Assembly (NCBI RefSeq): GCF_001457615.1
Contig: NZ_LN831024.1
Span: 2,880,001 to 2,912,000, forward strand
Reading direction: 5' to 3'
Length of the DNA: 32,000 bases
Origin: Pseudomonas aeruginosa
Lineage (GTDB): Bacteria > Pseudomonadota > Gammaproteobacteria > Pseudomonadales > Pseudomonadaceae
The translations under genes were made by a program, and so were the position numbers. The notes under the pieces are model-generated. The model had not been told where the DNA came from. It searched no databases and saw only the letters and a program-made list of their open reading frames with translations. Every line of letters begins with the position of its first letter. The stretch's first letter is position 1. This document shows, in pieces, positions 28,324 through 32,000 of this stretch.

Positions 28324-29664
28324 TCAACGCCGCGCCGTGACCTGCGGCGTGGCGCCGGGAACCGCCAGGTTCACCGCCTTCTCCTCGCGCGGCGTACCTT
28401 CGGGCACCCAGTCGTAGGCCACCGGCAGCGCGCGGTAGACCCAGTTGCTCCGGGCGTCGCCGCGCGGCGCCTTGCCGAAGTAGGGGCTGACGTACTCCCA
28501 GACGATCTCGCCGCCGGGCGTTACCTGGAAGAAGCGTCCGTTCTGCCCTTCGTCGATCAGCGTATTGCCGTTGGGCAGGCGCCGCGCGCTGCTGATGAAG
28601 GCGCTGTAGAAGGCCCAGCCGGGCTGCTGCGAGTCCTCGGCAGTGTATTGCCAGACGATCTGCTTCTTCAGCGGGTCGATTTCCAGTACCCGCGAGCCGG
28701 AGACCAGCCCGCGCTGTACCGAGGGGTAACCGGCGTCACCCTGGTTGTCGAACACCAGCAGGTTGCCGGCGCCCGGCAGGCCCTCGGGAATGAGGTGGGC
28801 GTCGTGCTGGCCACTGATCTGGTCCACCGGGCGCGGCAGCTTACGGGCGCTCTTCGGGTCGATCGGCGGAAGGTTCGGGCCGAGGCGCCAGACCACCTTG
28901 CCGCTGGCCTTGTCGACGATCGCTATGAAGTTGGCGTTGCGTGAGTCGAGCAGCAGGTTGTCCGGGGCGAAGCGCCGGTCGCCGGCAGCGTGCCAGCGGT
29001 TCTCGCCGAGCGGGGCGAGGTTGTTGATGTGCAGGTAGTCGGGGTTCTCGCTGGCCCGTACCCGCTTCAACTGGTCGGCGGTGAATCCGAATTCGTCGAG
29101 ATGCTCCGAAGCGGTCCAGCTCCAGGCCAGCTTGCCCTGCGGCGTGACCTCGTAGATCACGTCATCGATTACCCGGGGCACGGCGAAGCCCTTCACCGCG
29201 TGGACCTTGTTCGCCAGCAGCAGGGTGTTGCCGTTGGCCAGCCGGCGCTGGTCGTGGTGCTGATGGGCGGCGCCGCCCGGCGCCTGGTCACCCCAGCGCC
29301 AGACCTCCTTGCCATCCCAGTCCAGCTCGCCGAGGGCCTGGTTGGCCAGGCCGTTGCCGGGCGAGGCCAGCTTGTCCGGAGCGGCCAGGTCGGCCAGTTG
29401 CAGCAGCACATGGCCGCGCTTGCCGCCGTTCAGGGCCGGGTCGATCACGGCGGCGGGGAAGCCGGGGTAGTCCCAGCGCTTCACCTCGTTGCCGTTCATG
29501 TCGATCAGGTGGGTCTTGCGGTCTGCGCCGCTGAAGATCACGTACTGGTTGAAGGCCTTCTGCGGGTCGTAGCGGGTCACTCCGGTGGGGTAGACGCTGG
29601 GCGCGGCATGGGCGCCGGCGGCGAGCAGCGCGGCGCTGAGCAGGAGCATCGGGAATCTGGGCAT
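28324..29664 (-). CDS. Secreted beta-propeller protein, arylsulfotransferase (ASST)-like
   Basis: 446 aa. Signal peptide MLLLSAALLAAGAHA-AP. Repeated motifs of the ASST-like family as I remember it (HHDQRRLANGNTLLL, GQHDAHLIPEG, RRLPNGNTLID). GAGGAA RBS, 22 nt after the receptor stop. Family call from memory, moderate. Confidence 0.55.
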   Translation of the reverse strand: MPRFPMLLLSAALLAAGAHAAPSVYPTGVTRYDPQKAFNQYVIFSGADRKTHLIDMNGNEVKRWDYPGFPAAVIDPALNGGKRGHVLLQLADLAAPDKLASPGNGLANQALGELDWDGKEVWRWGDQAPGGAAHQHHDQRRLANGNTLLLANKVHAVKGFAVPRVIDDVIYEVTPQGKLAWSWTASEHLDEFGFTADQLKRVRASENPDYLHINNLAPLGENRWHAAGDRRFAPDNLLLDSRNANFIAIVDKASGKVVWRLGPNLPPIDPKSARKLPRPVDQISGQHDAHLIPEGLPGAGNLLVFDNQGDAGYPSVQRGLVSGSRVLEIDPLKKQIVWQYTAEDSQQPGWAFYSAFISSARRLPNGNTLIDEGQNGRFFQVTPGGEIVWEYVSPYFGKAPRGDARSNWVYRALPVAYDWVPEGTPREEKAVNLAVPGATPQVTARR

Positions 29665-29686
29665 GGCGGGTTCCTCGGCGATCGGT

Positions 29687-32000
29687 TCAGAAGTCGTAGC
29701 GGGCGGTCACGCCCAGGGTGCGCGGCGTGCCGAGCACGCCGGCGTAGCCGCCGTTGGCGGAATTCCAGAGGCTGGTGAAGTAGGTCTTGTCGAAAGCGTT
29801 CTTCAGCCACAGGGACAGGTCCCACTGGCCGTCCCCGTAGTCGCCGCGCAGGCCGGCGGAGGCGTTGACCAGGGCGTAGCTGGGGATCTGTCCGTATGCG
29901 GAGTCGTCGATGGTGCCCACCGCCCTGGAGCGGAACGCGTAGCTGGCGGTGAGGTAGGGCTCCAGGCCATCGTCGAGCTTCCAGCGATACTCGCCATTGA
30001 AGTTGGCGATGTACTTCGAGGCACCGACCACCTGGTGCCCGCTGAGGTCGCAGGACGCCGGGGCGCCGGCCTGGAAGGCCACCTCGGGGGCGCACGGGGC
30101 GTTCTTGTAGGACAGGTAGCGAACGTCGTTGTAGGACGCATTGAAATTCAGGGTCAGGCCGCGGATCGGCAGGGCCGTCGCTTCGAACTCCAGGCCGCGC
30201 GAGCGCACATCGCCGGCATTGGTCAGGTACTGGGTGCGGTTGGCCTCGTCGTAGGCATTGGCCTGGTAGCCGTGGACCACGGTCCAGAACAGGTTGCCGT
30301 TGAGGATCAGGCGGTTGTCGAGGAGGGTGGTCTTCAACCCCAGCTCGGCATCGTTGGCGCGCTCGGTGCCAATCAGCAGCGAGTCGGCACCGGCGCTGGG
30401 AGCGCTGGCCACGGTCAGGTTGACGCCGCCGGATTTCTCGCCGTGGGACAGCGAGGCGTAGCCCAGAACCTGGTCGCTGAAGCGGTAGCTGAGGCTGAGC
30501 AGAGCGGACGGACTGACGCTGTGCAGGCCGATGTCGCCGCTGTCGTAGGCGCCGACCCTGCCGTTGCGCGCGGCCGCCGCCGCGCCGCTCACCGCGGCGC
30601 CGCCGAGCGGGGCGTAGCGTTCGACCCAGGCGGACTTTTCCTCGTAGGTGCCGCGCACGCCGGCGGTGAGGTCCAGGCGCTCGGTTAGGTGCCAGGTGCC
30701 CTGGGCGAACAGCGCGTAGCTGTCGGTGTCGATGTGCCCGCGACCGCGGGTGCTGACGTCGCTCAGGGCGCCGGCGGGGGTTCCGTTCCAGATGTCTGCC
30801 CTGGGCCCGTAGTCGGTGAAGGACTTGTTGTCGAGGTCCTGGCCGAAGTAGTAGGCGCCGAGCACGTAGTCGAAGAAGCCGCCGCTGGGCGAAGCCAGGC
30901 GGATTTCCTGCGACCACTGCTTGTCGCGCACCGAGACTCCGGCGTTATAGGCCGCCGGTACGTCCAGGCCGTCGTCGTTGCGCGGCGTGAAATCCCACCA
31001 GCGGTAGGCGCTGATGGAAGTGAGGGTGAAGTCGTTGGCCAGCTTCCAGTTGGCTTCCACCGAGGTTCCGCCCTGGAACACCGTGACCTGCTGGTCCGAG
31101 TCGAAGTTGACCTTGCGCCGATGGCCATCCACCAGCGTCGCGCCGGCCGCGGCGGCGCGCTGTTCGTAGCGGTTCACGCCGTTCACCGTGGGGCCGCTGC
31201 TGAACAGGGTAAGGACACCATTGTCGGAGTCTTCCTCGTTGTAGTCGCCGATCCAGCGCAGGCTGAAGTCGTCGTTCGGCTTGAACAGCAACTGCCCGCG
31301 GAAACCCTGGCGTGCGCCGCCGTTGAGGGTGTTGCCGTCGTGGAGGTTCTTCACGTAGCCGTCGTCGCGGGTGCGGTAGGCCGACAGGCGCCCGGCGAGG
31401 GTCTCGCCGAGCGGTCCGGAAATCGTGCCCCTGGCCTGGAAGTAGCCGTCCTCGCCGCCGGATATCTCAACGCTGCGCTCCGGAGTGAAGCTCGGCGCAC
31501 GGGTGCCGATGTTGATCACCCCGGCCGTGGTGTTCTTGCCGAACAGGGTGCCCTGCGGGCCGCGCAAGACCTCCAGCTGCTCGATGTCGAGAAGGTCGAA
31601 CGAGGCCATGCCGGGGCGGCCGAGGTAGACGTTGTCGAGGTACAGCCCGACGCTGCCTTCCAGGCCGTCGCTGGCCGGGTTGTTGCCGAGGCCGCGGATC
31701 GACACGCTGGACTGGCGCGCGTGGACGTAGGCGACGTTGGTGCTCGGCACCAGTTGCTGCAGGTCCTGCACCCGGTAGATGCGCTGGCTCTCCAGGGTTT
31801 CGCCGCCGAGCACGCTCATCGCGGTGGGCACATCCTGGGAGTTTTCCACCCGTCGCCGCGAGGTCACCGTGACGGTCTGCAGGGTGGTGGCCGGCTGCGC
31901 CTGGCGCGCCTCTTCGGTGCCCGCGGGGGTGTCGTCGGCGCCGGCCAGTTGCGCCCCTCCGGCGCAGGCCAGGCAGATCGACAGGGGCAGCAGGCGACGG
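29687..32000 (-). CDS. TonB-dependent outer-membrane receptor (5' end outside window)
   Basis: The reading frame stays open upstream of the track start (31867) to the window edge. It encodes a signal-peptide tail (RRLLPLSICLACAGGAQLAGA-DD) and a TonB-box-like TLQTVTVTS. Plug-domain blocks (RVQDLQQLVPS, IEQLEVLRGPQGTLFGKNTTAGVINI) and a C-terminal beta-barrel ending ...GVTARYDF. Confidence 0.88.
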   Translation of the reverse strand, partial: RRLLPLSICLACAGGAQLAGADDTPAGTEEARQAQPATTLQTVTVTSRRRVENSQDVPTAMSVLGGETLESQRIYRVQDLQQLVPSTNVAYVHARQSSVSIRGLGNNPASDGLEGSVGLYLDNVYLGRPGMASFDLLDIEQLEVLRGPQGTLFGKNTTAGVINIGTRAPSFTPERSVEISGGEDGYFQARGTISGPLGETLAGRLSAYRTRDDGYVKNLHDGNTLNGGARQGFRGQLLFKPNDDFSLRWIGDYNEEDSDNGVLTLFSSGPTVNGVNRYEQRAAAAGATLVDGHRRKVNFDSDQQVTVFQGGTSVEANWKLANDFTLTSISAYRWWDFTPRNDDGLDVPAAYNAGVSVRDKQWSQEIRLASPSGGFFDYVLGAYYFGQDLDNKSFTDYGPRADIWNGTPAGALSDVSTRGRGHIDTDSYALFAQGTWHLTERLDLTAGVRGTYEEKSAWVERYAPLGGAAVSGAAAAARNGRVGAYDSGDIGLHSVSPSALLSLSYRFSDQVLGYASLSHGEKSGGVNLTVASAPSAGADSLLIGTERANDAELGLKTTLLDNRLILNGNLFWTVVHGYQANAYDEANRTQYLTNAGDVRSRGLEFEATALPIRGLTLNFNASYNDVRYLSYKNAPCAPEVAFQAGAPASCDLSGHQVVGASKYIANFNGEYRWKLDDGLEPYLTASYAFRSRAVGTIDDSAYGQIPSYALVNASAGLRGDYGDGQWDLSLWLKNAFDKTYFTSLWNSANGGYAGVLGTPRTLGVTARYDF

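Overview
This is a high-GC gamma-proteobacterial chromosome segment. Gene order and protein sequences match what I remember of Pseudomonas aeruginosa PAO1 PA2361 to PA2335, read in reverse orientation; this is a memory-based assignment that needs BLAST. Left to right the window holds: (1) the tail of the H3-type T6SS left operon (tssM3 C-terminus, tssA3, receiver-less sigma-54 activator sfa3); (2) an 88-aa orphan ORF; (3) the sulfur-starvation operon msuE-msuD-msuC, with a second, ATGA-coupled receiver-less sigma-54 activator (sfnR-like); (4) an AFG1/ZapE-family ATPase; (5) a secreted GlpQ-like phosphodiesterase; (6) a six-gene minus-strand organosulfur operon with two tandem SfnB-type acyl-CoA-dehydrogenase-like genes (one frameshifted in this sequence), a DszA/NtaA-type LLM monooxygenase and a MetQ/MetN/MetI-type ABC importer; (7) a divergent type II sulfide:quinone oxidoreductase; (8) the mannitol operon mtlR-mtlEFGKDYZ; (9) a TonB-dependent receptor (5' end off-window) followed by an arylsulfotransferase-like beta-propeller gene. 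I saw no rRNA, tRNA, CRISPR array, IS element, transposase or integrase. The strongest non-coding signal is the dyad CTGTTGCC-NN-GGCAACAG. It sits 93-94 bp upstream of good -24/-12 sigma-54 promoters in front of both msuE and the SfnB-type operon, the latter with a perfect IHF consensus in between. That outlines a local sigma-54 enhancer regulon and links it to two highly similar activators 4.7 kb apart. I did not find an unambiguous wholly new system. Candidates are listed with modest scores, and most long antisense ORFs in the track are rejected as high-GC artefacts.
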